A stretch of DNA of 64,000 nucleotides from Candidatus Bipolaricaulota bacterium (GTDB taxonomy: Bacteria > Bipolaricaulota > Bipolaricaulia > UBA7950 > UBA9294). Positions 34,141 to 44,813 of the stretch are shown here, piece by piece (positions within the stretch are counted from its first letter, which is position 1; each line of letters begins with the position of its first letter). The stretch lies in contig JBFMGK010000003.1 of the NCBI GenBank assembly GCA_040752575.1, positions 64,001 to 128,000 of the forward strand, in the 5' to 3' direction. The position numbers and the translations under genes were made by a program. The notes beneath the pieces were generated by a model. That model ran no database searches. It saw nothing but the letters and a program-made list of their open reading frames with translations, and was not told the DNA's origin.

Positions 34141-35871
34141 CTATGGGTCCGTGGCTTCGATGTACGCCAGAACCCGCTCCAGGGCATGAGCGGGATCAAC
34201 CCAAAGGTCCGGCGGAATGCCAATCCCCTCGCGACCGGCTTCGATGTCCTTTAGCGTAATCCCGATGGCAAGCACAAACGGCAGGCGCGAGTTGGGCAGC
34301 CTTCCCCACGCGGGGCTTCCGGAAACGGTCAGCCCCTCCGTGTTCTCACCAACCAGGATGACGTTCTCGAACTGGCGTAACGCGTTGACGAATTCCTCGC
34401 CAGCTGATCCCGTCTCCGCATCAATCAGTACGAACAGCGTCGTGTCGTTGGGCAGAGCCTCTGGCTCATCGTCCATCTCGCCAGCCAACACCCAGGCGTT
34501 CGCCGCGGTCCGACGATGCATTTCCAGATCCTCGATCGTCGCGTCGAGATAGGCCAGTACCTCGCGGAGCTGAGTCTCATGGGCTGCCAGGTAGTCTTCG
34601 ACGAAGCAGCGATGAAGGCGAAGCGAGGTCGGAGTATGAAGCTCGGCCCACCGCGTGTCGCAGGCAAACGCCCGACCCATGAACTCCTCCGTCCACGCAC
34701 GTCCGTACTCGGCCTGGCCACCCTCGTGATTGCGCAGATCGAGGATGGCCACCGGGTACTCAGCGCAACGGCTTGCTTCGTCGACCATTCGTCGCAAGGC
34801 GGCCACTGCTTCCGGGCTCGATGGAACGCCGCTGCGGTTAATGACGATGGGAACGCCACGCACAACGGACATTGCGTAGGCCGTACTCGCCGGGAATCGC
34901 AGGTCGCGCATCGTCTCAGTCCACCACGTGCCGCTCTGACGCGTGAGCACGGCCGAACGCCCAAAGGTCTGGCCGGACACAGTCAACGTGAGTTCCGTGC
35001 GGATCCGTGTCTCAGGCCGTGCACTCAACACCGACAAGATGTAGATGAGCCGACCCCGTTCATCCAGAGAGAGCGATAGCAGTTCCTCAGGCGCGCGACC
35101 GTCGACCGCAACGAGCGACACGCGGCCGGCGAGGGTGTTGAGCGCATCCCCAAGAGATGTGAGCGGTTGGCGGAGAACGTAGAAGCCCTCGGCATCGCGA
35201 GCGAACTCGTAGCGATCGTTGCGGAACCAGTATTGCCTCTGGTAGAGCGGGGTCCCGGCAAACTTGGCATGGCCATCCTGGATGAACGCGAGGTGATGGA
35301 GGATTCGATCGCGCAACGCGGATACGCGGATCCGAGACTCGCTGCCCATCGACGCCACTTCGTCCAGCAGATCCGTGCGCGCCCCGTCGAACGTCTCATC
35401 GCCGCCGAATAGCTGATAGAGCGCGTACCCGTACTTGAGCATCTCGAACAGGAACCTGATGTCCTCACGTGCCTGCTCCCTGGTGATCCAGGCCGGGGAA
35501 GGCTTGTCCGTGGCCACGATGCGCGACGTCACGCCAGGGTCGCCGAACGACGTGTAGTCATATAGCAGGGACTCCGGTGGCGAGACGGACGGCCACGAGG
35601 TTGTTCGACTCTCCGCTACGGTGCGCGAGAGGTCCTGCGCCATCACCTCGGCTGATGCTGCGCCAGACACCTCGTGGACAACGTTCAGCCGAGAGCTAAG
35701 GAGTGTGATCCAGGACAAGGCGACGATGATCCAAATGTGCAACGCGCACCTCTTCAACACTCGCGGACGGGTGTCCAGAGTCCTTGAGATGGCAGGCCCC
35801 GCCACCAACGCGCTGAACCAGCGCAGCACTCCCTCACCCACGCTCGCGTGCGGCTGCCCTGCCCTGTCCAA
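34141..35871 (-). CDS. Membrane-anchored S41-family peptidase-like protein
   Basis: DGHA, ILDLRNHEGG, VLID..TGSAGE, LVGENTEG, EGIGIPPD; N-terminal hydrophobic segment; start uncertain. Confidence 0.8.
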   Translation of the reverse strand: MDRAGQPHASVGEGVLRWFSALVAGPAISRTLDTRPRVLKRCALHIWIIVALSWITLLSSRLNVVHEVSGAASAEVMAQDLSRTVAESRTTSWPSVSPPESLLYDYTSFGDPGVTSRIVATDKPSPAWITREQAREDIRFLFEMLKYGYALYQLFGGDETFDGARTDLLDEVASMGSESRIRVSALRDRILHHLAFIQDGHAKFAGTPLYQRQYWFRNDRYEFARDAEGFYVLRQPLTSLGDALNTLAGRVSLVAVDGRAPEELLSLSLDERGRLIYILSVLSARPETRIRTELTLTVSGQTFGRSAVLTRQSGTWWTETMRDLRFPASTAYAMSVVRGVPIVINRSGVPSSPEAVAALRRMVDEASRCAEYPVAILDLRNHEGGQAEYGRAWTEEFMGRAFACDTRWAELHTPTSLRLHRCFVEDYLAAHETQLREVLAYLDATIEDLEMHRRTAANAWVLAGEMDDEPEALPNDTTLFVLIDAETGSAGEEFVNALRQFENVILVGENTEGLTVSGSPAWGRLPNSRLPFVLAIGITLKDIEAGREGIGIPPDLWVDPAHALERVLAYIEATDP

Positions 35872-36020
35872 GGTGACGCCCTGATCATACCGTCAGGACA
35901 GACGCTTTGTCCGGACGGCAGCCGTCCCGCGATGCGGCGCGCGTTGCGGTGCCCTCCTTCTTTGGTCCCCTACAAGCTTCTGCGGTTCTGAGTTCCCGTC
36001 CGATCGTGCTGCAAAGCGAC

Positions 36021-36779
36021 CTAGGCTTGGATGCGTTGGAGGAAGTTGCGCACGAGGGGAACGACGAGGTCCGGGCGCTCGATCGTTTGCCCGTGCGTGA
36101 GGCCGGGGAGCGATACGAACTGGGCATTCTCGATCCGGTGCGTCGCCTTCTCGGCCAGCGCGTGCACTTCGTCGCTTGCACCGGCGAAGAGGAGGCACGG
36201 GACGCGGATCCCTGAAAGGGCGGACTCAAGGGTGTCTCGATCCCGGGCGGCGGCTCGCATCGCGGCGACGTCGAACCTCCGGACTCGTTCCTTCTCCGCG
36301 AGACGCAACGGTCGAACCTCGCGCTCCCAGAGGTCGATGAACGCCTGCGCGCCCTTCTCCTCCCCGATGCGAAGCCAGGCGCGCGCCCCCTCCATTGTCT
36401 GGGCGTACGGGTGCTGGCCGCCGAGGAGGAACGCGCGGAAGCGGTGCGGAGCCCACCTCGCACAGGCAAACCCGATCCAGCCGCCCATCGAGAACCCGAA
36501 GAACGCCGCGCGATCGACTCCCGTTGCATCCAGCACCGCGACGACGTCGGCGACGCGCGGCTCCGGGCGGTACGAGGCCCCGTCGTGCGGCGCGTCGCTT
36601 CCCCCGTGTCCGCGGGAGTCGATGAGGATGAGGCGGTGTTCCGAGGCCAGGGCGTCGACGTAGCCCAGCTCGTACCACGCGTCGAGGGACGAGAAGGTCC
36701 AGTGATGAAGGAACAGAGCGGGCCCCGCTCCCTCGACTTCGTAGTGGACCCGTACGTCGCCGTTCATCGCGTAGGGCAT
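36021..36779 (-). CDS. Alpha/beta-fold hydrolase
   Basis: VHYEVEG.G, DSRGHGGS, GFSMGG nucleophile elbow, G.SD, LPGLTH. Confidence 0.92.
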   Translation of the reverse strand: MPYAMNGDVRVHYEVEGAGPALFLHHWTFSSLDAWYELGYVDALASEHRLILIDSRGHGGSDAPHDGASYRPEPRVADVVAVLDATGVDRAAFFGFSMGGWIGFACARWAPHRFRAFLLGGQHPYAQTMEGARAWLRIGEEKGAQAFIDLWEREVRPLRLAEKERVRRFDVAAMRAAARDRDTLESALSGIRVPCLLFAGASDEVHALAEKATHRIENAQFVSLPGLTHGQTIERPDLVVPLVRNFLQRIQA

Positions 36780-36822
36780 CGACTCCTCCTCGAATCGGGC
36801 GATCCTACGTCGCAACGTCGCC

Positions 36823-37317
36823 CTACGCCAAAGGCTCTTCGATCGGCGTGAAGCCGAGCTGTCGGTACAAGCTTCGTGCGGGCTCGTTGCCGTCGGTGAC
36901 GACGAGCGTCAGGCGCTCGAAGCCCGCGTCGAGGAGGGCGTTCATCGACCGCTCGAGGGCATGACGTGCGAGCCCGCGGCGCTTGGCTTCGGGGCGGGTC
37001 ATGAGGAAGACGACGAGCGGCGCGTCGTGCGGATCGAAGAAGGTGACGAGACAGGCCGAGACGAGAAACTCGCCCTCTTCGACGACGAAGGAACACGCGG
37101 GGAGGAAGCGCCCGTAGTCGCCGCGGAACGTCTTCTCGATCTCGACGAGCGCGTCGGCGAACGAGTCGCCTTCGTCGTCGATCGTCCCTCGATAGGCGGC
37201 GAAGAGGAGGATGGCGAGCGCTTCCTTGTCGCTCGAGGAGACGGCGCGCGAGACGTCGGAGCTTGGGGGAGTCCGGCGCACAAGAGCCGCCTCCATCGGA
37301 GTGCGCCGTCGCGTCAT
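36823..37317 (-). CDS. GNAT family N-acetyltransferase
   Basis: MTRPEAKRRGLA acetyl-CoA motif, LVVTDGNEPARSLY..LGF. Confidence 0.88.
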   Translation of the reverse strand: MTRRRTPMEAALVRRTPPSSDVSRAVSSSDKEALAILLFAAYRGTIDDEGDSFADALVEIEKTFRGDYGRFLPACSFVVEEGEFLVSACLVTFFDPHDAPLVVFLMTRPEAKRRGLARHALERSMNALLDAGFERLTLVVTDGNEPARSLYRQLGFTPIEEPLA

Positions 37318-39521
37318 CGCGCTGCCGGCCCCTTCCGGGGTTGGCCTCGCTTCGACTCGACCTTGCCGTTCGCCGACGCGGCGTCGCGCGGCTTGCGCAG
37401 CGACAGGGAGATCCTTCGCCGTTCGACGTCGACCTCGAGGACGAACGCGGTCACGCGCTGACCGACCTTCACGACCTTCGACGGATGCTCGACAAAGCAG
37501 TCAGCAAGCTGACTTACGTGGACGAGCCCGTCCTGGTGGACGCCGACGTCGACGAACGCGCCGAAGTCCACGACATTCGTCACGATGCCCGGCAGCTTCA
37601 TCCCCACGGCAAGGTCGGCGATCTCGTGGACGTCTTCCGAGAACGCGAAGGCTTCGAACCGTTCGCGAGGGTCGCGCCCCGGCCTGGCCAACTCGGCCAT
37701 GATGTCTGTCAGCGTTGGCAACCCCACGGTATCGGTTACGTAGCGATCTGGTTCAATCCGCGCCCGCAGCTCGGGATCGTGCAGGAGGTCCTCAACTCGG
37801 CAGCCGAGGTCCGTCGCCATACGCTGGACGACGGCATACCGCTCGGGGTGGACGGCGCTCGCGTCGAGCGGGTTCTCGCCGCCGTGGATGCGCAGGAAGC
37901 CCGCAGACTGCTCGAAGGCCTTCGGCCCAAGTCGCGGTACCTTCTTCAGGTCGGCGCGACGCCGGAACGGTCCCTGCTCGTCACGATGCTTGACGATCGT
38001 CTCGGCCAACTTCGGCCCCAATCCCGAGACCCGGGCGAGAAGAGGAGCGCTTGCGGTGTTGACCTCGACGCCGACGGCATTCACGCACTGCTCGACGGCA
38101 TCGTCGAGACTCTGCCGTAGAAGTGTCTGATCTACGTCATGCTGATACTGTCCGACGCCGATCGCCTTCGGGTCGATCTTGACCAACTCGGCCAGAGGAT
38201 CCAAGAGGCGCCGCCCGATCGAGACCGCACCGCGCACCGTGACATCCTTGTCCGGAAACTCGCTGCGGGCGATCTCCGACGCCGAGTAGACGGAGGCGCC
38301 GCTCTCGTTCACCAGGACGACCGGGATCGCGCGGTGGAAGTCGATCGTGCGCACGAACGCCTCCGTCTCGCGGCTTCCCGTCCCGTTGCCTACGGCGATC
38401 GCTTCGATCGCGTGGGTCGTGACGAGACCGACGAGGGTTCTGCGAGCGTCGGACCGCTGGTTCTCCGAACCCGTCGGGTAGATCACCGCGTCGGCGATGA
38501 GCTTGCCCTGCGCGTCAAGACAGACGACCTTGCCACCGGTTCTGTACCCGGGATCGATTGCGAGAACGCGCTTCTGCCCGAGGGGCGGAGCCAAAAGGAG
38601 CTGTCGGACGTTGGCGGCGAAGACGGCCACCGCCTCGCGGTCGGCCTTCTCCTTGAGTTCGTTGCGAACCTCGGTCTCGATCGAGGGTGCCAGGAGCCGC
38701 TTGTACGCGTCTTCGACCGCGAGGGCGACCTGTTCGCCGCACGGATGCGCGCCGCGGACGAACCGGTGGCGCAGGAATCCTATGGCTGCGGGCTCTTCGG
38801 GGCGTACCGACAGGCGGACGATCCCCTCGCGCTCGGCGCGCAACAGGGCCAGCACGCGATGGCTGGGTGCCTCGGCGACGGGTTCGCTCCAATCGAAGTA
38901 GTCGCGGTAGGTCGCTCCCTCGGTCTCACGGCCGGGAACGACGGTCGAGCGGATCGTGGCGCGCCGTGTGAACAACGTCCGGATCTCCGCCCGCGCGTCG
39001 GCCGTCTCGCTGACGATCTCCGCGACGATGTCGCGCGCCCCTTGGAGAGCCTCGTCCGCATCGGCCACGCCTCCCTGGGGGTTCACGAAAGCCTCCGCCG
39101 CGCGGCGGGGGTCCACCGTCGGCTCCCCCGCGAGCAAGACGTGCGCGAGAGGTTCGAGCCCCCGTTCGCGAGCCACCATTGCCCGCGTTCGGCGTTTGGG
39201 ACGGTAGGGCAAGTAGAGATCCTCGAGCGAGGCTAGATTCGCGGCAGCGTCGATGGCGGTCTGCAGGGCCTCGCTGAGCAGGCCGCGTTCGTCGAGCGAA
39301 GAGCGAATGGCCTCTTTGCGCTCCTCGAGGGCCGCAAGTTGGGTGAGTCGGTCTCGGATCTTCGCGATGGCTGCGTCGTCGAGCGAGCCGGTTCTCTCTT
39401 TGCGGTAGCGGGCGATGAACGGCACGGTGGCCCCCTCGCGGAGGAGAGAGCCTACGGCCGCAACGCGGTCCGCCGAGATCCCGAGCTCCTCGGCGACACG
39501 ATGCTCGGAGCTCTTCGTCAA
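37314..39521 (-). CDS. tex: Tex-family RNA-binding transcriptional accessory protein
   Basis: EGATVPFIARYRKERTG, EDLYLPYRPKRRT, IDPGYRTG, ESGASVYSAS, GVGQYQHD, S1 domain FGAFVDVGVHQDGLVH. Confidence 0.96.
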   Translation of the reverse strand: MTKSSEHRVAEELGISADRVAAVGSLLREGATVPFIARYRKERTGSLDDAAIAKIRDRLTQLAALEERKEAIRSSLDERGLLSEALQTAIDAAANLASLEDLYLPYRPKRRTRAMVARERGLEPLAHVLLAGEPTVDPRRAAEAFVNPQGGVADADEALQGARDIVAEIVSETADARAEIRTLFTRRATIRSTVVPGRETEGATYRDYFDWSEPVAEAPSHRVLALLRAEREGIVRLSVRPEEPAAIGFLRHRFVRGAHPCGEQVALAVEDAYKRLLAPSIETEVRNELKEKADREAVAVFAANVRQLLLAPPLGQKRVLAIDPGYRTGGKVVCLDAQGKLIADAVIYPTGSENQRSDARRTLVGLVTTHAIEAIAVGNGTGSRETEAFVRTIDFHRAIPVVLVNESGASVYSASEIARSEFPDKDVTVRGAVSIGRRLLDPLAELVKIDPKAIGVGQYQHDVDQTLLRQSLDDAVEQCVNAVGVEVNTASAPLLARVSGLGPKLAETIVKHRDEQGPFRRRADLKKVPRLGPKAFEQSAGFLRIHGGENPLDASAVHPERYAVVQRMATDLGCRVEDLLHDPELRARIEPDRYVTDTVGLPTLTDIMAELARPGRDPRERFEAFAFSEDVHEIADLAVGMKLPGIVTNVVDFGAFVDVGVHQDGLVHVSQLADCFVEHPSKVVKVGQRVTAFVLEVDVERRRISLSLRKPRDAASANGKVESKRGQPRKGPAAR

Positions 39522-40117
39522 GCACGTCTCCGAGCCTTGGCTGTCGACTCACGCCGATCCGTCCGCAAGAGGCCGTACAGCAGGAGGTCATACCTCTTGC
39601 TGTCTCGCTCGCCGAATTCGCGGTAGGTTCCCTCGTGCACGAAGCCGAGGTGCTCGTACATGGCGATGGCCCGCGGGTTGTAGTCGATGACGGTGAGCTG
39701 CAGTCGATGCAGGTTCAGCTCTTCGAACGCGTAGTCCACGAGGATTTGCATCGCCTCTCTGCCGTACCCGTGTCCCCAGTCCGATCGCTCGCCCAACCCG
39801 ATACCGACCCAAGCGGTTCGATTCGCCCACTCCACGTCGAACAGCCCGACCGTCCCGATCAACGCGTCGTCGGACTTACGGCGGATTCCGAACGAGAAGG
39901 TCGTCGAAGAATCTCGGTCGTGCTCAATGTCGTCGGCGATCTCCTCTTCGGTCTCGGGACGCGCCATGTTCGTGTCTTGGAGGCGCAAGTACCCCCCGTC
40001 TTCTGTCCAGCGGGCCACGACGGCCGCGTCCTCCTTATGGAGAGGGGCGAGGCGAACCGTCGTTCCGGCGAACACGTTGCGGTCGATCGCCCCGTTCCTT
40101 TCTTCGACGTGCTCCAT
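39518..40117 (-). CDS. RimJ/RimL-type GNAT acetyltransferase
   Basis: [41 protein letters not shown]. Confidence 0.9.
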   Translation of the reverse strand: MEHVEERNGAIDRNVFAGTTVRLAPLHKEDAAVVARWTEDGGYLRLQDTNMARPETEEEIADDIEHDRDSSTTFSFGIRRKSDDALIGTVGLFDVEWANRTAWVGIGLGERSDWGHGYGREAMQILVDYAFEELNLHRLQLTVIDYNPRAIAMYEHLGFVHEGTYREFGERDSKRYDLLLYGLLRTDRRESTAKARRRA

Positions 40118-40298
40118 GGCGAAGAGGATAGCGCGCGCGGCTCCCCAAATCGACGGGACGACGGCTCGCCCGCTGCTGAGGAGGCGACGAGTTGACGGAG
40201 AACGAAGGGGAGCGTACCGTTGCTGCAGCGTGATTGGCTTCGGACCGCCCGTGTGCGCACGGGCGGTTTGCTTCGGCCTGCCGCACGGAGAGGACGAC

Positions 40299-42386
40299 AT
40301 GGGACAGGACGTGGGGATCGACAGAATGCGCAACGTGGGCATCATGGCTCACATCGACGCGGGGAAGACGACGGTGAGCGAGCGAATTCTCTTCTTCACC
40401 GGGAAGCGTCACAAGTTGGGCGAGGTGCACGACGGCGAGGCGAAGATGGACTGGATGATCCAGGAGCAGGAGCGCGGGATCACCATCACCTCGGCGGCGA
40501 CGACGACCTATTGGCGGGGACATCGCATCAACTTGATCGACACGCCGGGACACGTCGACTTCACGGCCGAGGTGGAGCGGAGCCTGCGCGTCCTCGATGG
40601 CACCGTCGCGCTGTTCTGCGCCGTGGGCGGAGTACAGCCTCAGGCGGAGACCGTCTGGCGGCAGGCCGATAAGTATGGCGTTCCGCGGATTGCCTTCGTC
40701 AACAAGATGGACCGCACGGGGGCCGACTTCGAGCGCGTCGTCGCCGAGATTCGCGAGGAACTAGGAGCGAACGCTGTTCCTGTCGTAATTCCTATCGGCG
40801 CGGAAGGCGAGTTTCGCGGACTCATCGACCTTGTCGACATGAGAGCCGTGTACTTCGACGAGGGACCAAGTGGGGTCATCCTGCGCGAGGAGGAGATCCC
40901 CACGGGCCTTCTCGAAGAGGCGCAGGCGGCGGAAGCCCTGATGATCGAGAAGGCCAGCGAACAGGACGACGGGCTGATGCAGAAGTTCATCGACGGGATC
41001 GTGCCGACCCGGGAAGAAGTCGTGCGGGTCATCCGTCGAGCGACGATCGCGGGCCGGTTCATCCCGGTTCTCTGCGGCGCCGCGTTCAAGAACAAGGGCG
41101 TGCGGCGCCTGCTGGATGCGATCGTCGACTACCTCCCGTCCCCGCTCGACCTTCCGCCGGTCGTGGGTGTGGGGCCCGAAGACGAGGAACTCCTTCGTCA
41201 CCCGCGAGACGATGCGCCCTTGGCCGCCCTGGCGTTCAAGATTCAGTCTGATCGTCACATGGGCAAGCTGACGTACGTGCGCGTCTATTCCGGGACGCTG
41301 CAGAACGGCACGACGCTCTACAATTCGTCGGTGGACAAGACGCAACGCGTGGGTCGCTTGTTTGAGATGCACGCGAACGACCGTGAGCCTGTCGACGCGT
41401 TGCGCGCCGGAGAAGTCGGCGCCATCGTTGGGCTCGCCGACACCCTGACGGGGAACACGTTGTGCAGTCGTGAGCATCCGATCGTCCTCGAATCGATCGA
41501 GTTCCCGACGCCCGTCATCGGAGTCGCCGTCAAGCCGGAATCGCGCGACGATCGCGACAAGCTGTCCGCCGCGCTGCATCGGCTTGCGGAAGAGGATCCG
41601 ACGTTCGTCGTCCGCTCGAACGCGGAGACCGGCGACGTTGTCATCTCGGGAATGGGGGAACTGCACCTGGAGATCATCGTCGATCGTCTTCGACGCGAGT
41701 TTGGCGTCGGCGTACGATCGGACCGCCCGCAAGTTGCCTATCGCGAGACCATCCTCTCCCCGGTCGCGCACGAGTATCGCCACGTGAAGCAGACGGGTGG
41801 GCGGGGGCAGTATGCCCACATCGTCTTCCGGGTCGAGCCGTCCGACCCCGGGACGGGGTTCCAGTTCGAGGATGAGGTGACGGGAGGGAAGATCTCACGC
41901 GAGTACCTCGCTGCTGCAGAGAGAGGCATTCTCGAGGAGATGGCGGAGGGCCCCTATGCCGGGTTCCCCATGGTCGACATTCGGGTGACGATCGAGGACG
42001 GCTCGATGCATGAAGTCGATTCCTCGGAACAGGCGTTTCGAACCTGCGGCCGAATGGGGTTTCGCGAGGCCTGCTTGGCATCCGGCCTGGAGTTGCTCGA
42101 GCCGATCATGGGAGTCGAGGTGACCGTCCCCGAGGAGCAGACCGGACCCGTGACCGGCAATCTCTGCAGCAAGCGCGGTCGGATTACCGGGATGGAATCG
42201 CGAGGAACGTCGGCCATTTTGCGCGCTCTGGTTCCGCTGGCCGAGATGTTTGGGTACGCCTCGGAGATCCGCAACCTGACGAGCGGACGCGGCACGTTCA
42301 CGATGCAGTTTGAGCACTACGAGGCTGTCCCCTACGCGATCTCCGAGCAGATCGTCGAAGAACGCCGCGCCGCACGGCGGGGGTAG
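40299..42386 (+). CDS. fusA: Elongation factor G (stand-alone copy)
   Basis: [56 protein letters not shown] 40299 with GGAG RBS. Confidence 0.97.
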   Translation: MGQDVGIDRMRNVGIMAHIDAGKTTVSERILFFTGKRHKLGEVHDGEAKMDWMIQEQERGITITSAATTTYWRGHRINLIDTPGHVDFTAEVERSLRVLDGTVALFCAVGGVQPQAETVWRQADKYGVPRIAFVNKMDRTGADFERVVAEIREELGANAVPVVIPIGAEGEFRGLIDLVDMRAVYFDEGPSGVILREEEIPTGLLEEAQAAEALMIEKASEQDDGLMQKFIDGIVPTREEVVRVIRRATIAGRFIPVLCGAAFKNKGVRRLLDAIVDYLPSPLDLPPVVGVGPEDEELLRHPRDDAPLAALAFKIQSDRHMGKLTYVRVYSGTLQNGTTLYNSSVDKTQRVGRLFEMHANDREPVDALRAGEVGAIVGLADTLTGNTLCSREHPIVLESIEFPTPVIGVAVKPESRDDRDKLSAALHRLAEEDPTFVVRSNAETGDVVISGMGELHLEIIVDRLRREFGVGVRSDRPQVAYRETILSPVAHEYRHVKQTGGRGQYAHIVFRVEPSDPGTGFQFEDEVTGGKISREYLAAAERGILEEMAEGPYAGFPMVDIRVTIEDGSMHEVDSSEQAFRTCGRMGFREACLASGLELLEPIMGVEVTVPEEQTGPVTGNLCSKRGRITGMESRGTSAILRALVPLAEMFGYASEIRNLTSGRGTFTMQFEHYEAVPYAISEQIVEERRAARRG

Positions 42387-42426
42387 CTGGCGCCCGGATT
42401 GCGAATCGGTTCGGTACAATCCGCGC

Positions 42427-43881
42427 ATGAGGCGCCCAGCGGCGAGCAAGGGATGGCATCGGCTCGTGCTTCTTGGCATGGCCGGTCTGTTGACGTCCAT
42501 GACCTCTTGCACGCGTGCGCCGGCACCTGACGAGATGCTCGCCTACGGAGCAACATGGACGAGCGTTCGTCCGTCCGTGGTCTGGTGCGGGGATCGGCTG
42601 TCGACGGTGACGATCGAGACCCACGTCCAGTCTCCAAGCCGCGTCATCTCGGCGCGCATCGTCGGGCCCAACGAGACGATCTCCCTCCACGACGACGGAT
42701 CGCATGGCGACCGCGTCGCGGGAGACGGCGTGTTCACAGCTTCCGAGGTTCGTCCGTACTGCCACAGCCGGTTCACCCTGCGCTTCGAACGCTCGCTCGC
42801 GGTCTGGAGCGGCCGCCTGCTATTGACCACCGCGGACGGCAAAGTGTGGGAAGATCCTGTGCCGCTCCGTATTGGGCTCGTGAACCCCAAGTACCGCCTG
42901 AAGTCGGATGTCGCGACGTGGGGGGACGGCGTCTCGACGACCGCGAACGCGATCTTCATTCAGGATGTCGATCACCGCGTCTTCGATCGCTATCCCGTCT
43001 CCGCGACGCCGATCGACGAAGCTCTGCGCGTTGCCGCCCGGATGGTCTATCGCACTGCGCCCGACGTCTTCGACTTCCTGGTCTTGATGCCGGCGATGCC
43101 GATGTTCGCGGCCGACGGGGGCACCGAGGTCGCGGCGGCAAGCGTTCGTGTCTCCAACGATGTTCTGCACATCGGGATCCCGATCTTCAACGACGCCGGC
43201 GACTTCAGCTCGTCGGGACGCTTGCAGAGTGCGATCTTCCATTCCTTTGGCAGCCTTGACCTTGTCGACCGCGAGATCGTTCGGCGATGGGCGCCCGACG
43301 CCGGGGTTCCCCTCGGGCTTGCCCACTCCGATGCGGAGGGATGCGGGTGCTGGGTCGAGACCAGCGACATCGGCGGCCATCTTGCAGCGGCCGCGCAAGT
43401 CGACGGGCGCCTCGGCCGGCTCGTGAGCTCGGGAGAGGGGACGTGGAGCCTGACGCCCGTTCCGCAGACGGAGCCCTACGCGCCGCTGGAGATGTACCTG
43501 ATGGGACTCCTTCCCTCTTCCCTTGTTCCTCCGGTCCACATCCTCCTGGATCCGAAGGCGGCCGACTCCTCGCGCGTCACCGGCCAACAGACGCGGACGG
43601 TGACGGCCGAGGAGATCGTCGCGGCGCTGGGGGGAGAAAGGGAGCCGGCGTCGGCAAGCGGGGAACCCATCTTGTTTACGGTAGCCTTCGTCATCGTGGG
43701 TGAAGATCCGTTTGGGGACGCCGAGTACGCCTTCTACACCCTTCTTTCGTACATGCTCGCGTCGAGCGGTCCTCCGCTGGAAGGAGACCTCTTCTCTCCC
43801 TTCTCCTGGGCGACGGGTGGCAAGGCCGCTCTAGACACAGACCTTCCCTTCGCCGCTCCGCCCAGTTCGACGGAACGGTAG
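42427..43881 (+). CDS. Putative lipoprotein with a Ca-binding DDG.GD..AGDG domain and a degenerate metallopeptidase-like domain
   Basis: Signal peptide ending MTSC; LHDDGSHGDRVAGDGVFT; DVFDFLV; YAPLEMYLMGL; REIVR where HExxH is expected. Confidence 0.65.
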   Translation: MRRPAASKGWHRLVLLGMAGLLTSMTSCTRAPAPDEMLAYGATWTSVRPSVVWCGDRLSTVTIETHVQSPSRVISARIVGPNETISLHDDGSHGDRVAGDGVFTASEVRPYCHSRFTLRFERSLAVWSGRLLLTTADGKVWEDPVPLRIGLVNPKYRLKSDVATWGDGVSTTANAIFIQDVDHRVFDRYPVSATPIDEALRVAARMVYRTAPDVFDFLVLMPAMPMFAADGGTEVAAASVRVSNDVLHIGIPIFNDAGDFSSSGRLQSAIFHSFGSLDLVDREIVRRWAPDAGVPLGLAHSDAEGCGCWVETSDIGGHLAAAAQVDGRLGRLVSSGEGTWSLTPVPQTEPYAPLEMYLMGLLPSSLVPPVHILLDPKAADSSRVTGQQTRTVTAEEIVAALGGEREPASASGEPILFTVAFVIVGEDPFGDAEYAFYTLLSYMLASSGPPLEGDLFSPFSWATGGKAALDTDLPFAAPPSSTER

Positions 43882-43937
43882 CCGGACGAAGTGGAAGGAA
43901 CCCGGACCAGAAACCCGGCGTTCTCGCGCCGCGGGGT

Positions 43938-44813
43938 CTAGCCGCCGGACGGCGTAGCGGGCTGCGCTTCGGACTCGCTCGAAGGAGCGGTAGGGGCTAC
44001 CGTCTCCGCAGGATCGGCTGTCGCGGCTTCCTCGTCGCCGCCACTCGGCTCCGCGGGGGGCGCGGTGAGCTCGAGCCTATCGAGCACCGCGCCGAGTCCG
44101 TTCATCGTCTGAGCCTCAAGGGACCGAAGCTGCGACGACAGCGTCTCCGACGCGGCCGCCTGCGTCGCGGCGAGTTCGTCCATCTTTGCCTGCAGCGACG
44201 CCTGGCCTTCTCCAACGGCGGACCAAGCGCGTTCGGCGGTCGCCTGCGCCGCCTGAACGTCCTGAAGGGCCCGTTCAAGCCTCGCAAACGTGGACTCCGT
44301 GGACTCCGCAAGCGTACGGCTCTCCCTCCGAAGGCCCTCGATCTCCTGGCTCATGGCGCCACGTTGCACGAGAGCCTGGATCGAGAGAGCAACCAGCAAC
44401 GCGACCGAGACGCCCGCGGCTGCGAAAGCGATGGTGACGCGGCGTCTCGCGCAGGTTCCTCGTGTGCCGGGCGACCCAGCGGCCGGTCCGGGACTCGCTG
44501 TCTGGCCGTTGGACTTTCGCACCCAGGGCAAGCGAGCACGCCGCGACTCGCGCATCGCTGCCTCAATTCGCGTGCGCTCCTCGATTCGTTGCCGCTGAGC
44601 TGGAGTCGCGGGTCCCGATTCGGCGCTGCCTCGCGCCCTAGGGATGCCCGCGGTTGCCTTTCGCATCCTGTGGATTCGCCAAGGGACCTGGAGTCGGCGC
44701 GACGCCCGAAGAACGGCCTCGACTCGTTCCCGCTCGGCAATCCGCTGCATCTGCGCTCGAGTGAGCGAAGACCCCTGCACCCCCATCGACTCGCGTTGGC
44801 TTGCGTTCGTCAT
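43938..44813 (-). CDS. Hypothetical single-pass membrane protein with a duplicated N-terminal motif and a C-terminal coiled coil
   Basis: Two 28-aa repeats, TM segment VTIAFAAAGVSVALLVALSI, heptad-like helix, acidic Pro/Ala tail. Confidence 0.65.
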   Translation of the reverse strand: MTNASQRESMGVQGSSLTRAQMQRIAERERVEAVLRASRRLQVPWRIHRMRKATAGIPRARGSAESGPATPAQRQRIEERTRIEAAMRESRRARLPWVRKSNGQTASPGPAAGSPGTRGTCARRRVTIAFAAAGVSVALLVALSIQALVQRGAMSQEIEGLRRESRTLAESTESTFARLERALQDVQAAQATAERAWSAVGEGQASLQAKMDELAATQAAASETLSSQLRSLEAQTMNGLGAVLDRLELTAPPAEPSGGDEEAATADPAETVAPTAPSSESEAQPATPSGG

